The notes under the pieces were generated by a model. It was given only the letters and a program-made list of their open reading frames with translations. It did not search any database and was not told the DNA's origin. From positions 92,993,313-93,055,095 of the forward strand of contig NC_068982.1 in NCBI RefSeq assembly GCF_001194135.2: a stretch of 61,783 nucleotides of DNA, in the 5' to 3' direction. The position numbers were made by a program, and so were the translations under genes. Numbering within the stretch: position 1 is the first letter of the stretch; each line of letters opens with the position of its first letter. Positions 61,275 to 61,783 of this stretch are shown piece after piece. This stretch comes from Octopus bimaculoides. Its lineage: Eukaryota.

Positions 61275-61589
61275 CTATCGTTTATGTAAAAAATTAAGAG
61301 AAGTTGTGAAATTAATCTCTACATCACAAACATTAAAACTAGAACATTAAAACAGTGTTCTAGTACAAAACCTAACAATGTTACAACACAGTATTACATA
61401 GAAGTAAACAATATCAACACATTAGAGAACTAGAATGACATTCTGCTCTTTACCAGTCTGTCAACAAATCATTTCTCCACTGCAACACGTCACAAGAGAA
61501 CATGTCAATATCAAAACGTTATAAAAAAAAAAACCGCTATTCGTTTTGCATCAGGAAGAATTATTGTTTCTGATTTATGCACAAAGGCA

Positions 61590-61770
61590 GCAGTCTTGAA
61601 GGGAGTGGATTTAGTCGAACTCACAGTCTCCAGTACTTGACTGCTGTTTTATTTTATCGACGCCGAAGGCATTAAAGCAAAACTGACCTTGGTGGAGATT
61701 GAACTAAGCGAATAAAAAACCGGAACAAATACCGTAAAGCATTTTCCGACCCTCGAACGATTGCCGTCTT
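61590..61770 (-). mobile_element. Degenerate SINE family B copy
   Basis: TTTTATCGACGCCGAAGGCATTAAAGCAAAACTGACCTTGGTGGAGATTGAACT...AAATACCGTAAAGCATTT. Confidence 0.65.
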
Positions 61771-61783
61771 ATAGACGAGAAAT

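Overview
Eukaryotic, AT-rich, microsatellite-dense DNA with many N gaps. The repeat content and SINE families suggest an octopod cephalopod (inference, not verified). The only well-supported host gene is the 3' half of a GH18 chitinase (CHIT1/CHIA-like) on the minus strand. It has four exons (61274-61151, 58506-58321, 45988-45869, 45236-45105) with canonical GT-AG introns and ends in a stop codon with no chitin-binding domain; the catalytic DxxDxDxE exon lies beyond the right edge. The rest is mostly decayed mobile DNA: Tc1 (DD34E), mariner, a hAT-like transposase, two Helitron pieces, a Helentron-type HINE, CR1-like, CRE-like, R4/Dong-like, Tx1/L1-like and RTE-like LINE fragments, a Penelope element with inverted pLTRs and hammerhead-ribozyme relics, and several SINE families. 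The most interesting signal is an apparent Tx1/L1-driven three-member system. Two TSD-bounded ORF1-only (half-L1-like) retroelements, a tRNA-headed SINE and an RT-bearing Tx1-like LINE all share one 3' tail motif. No CRISPR array or genuine tRNA/rRNA gene was found.
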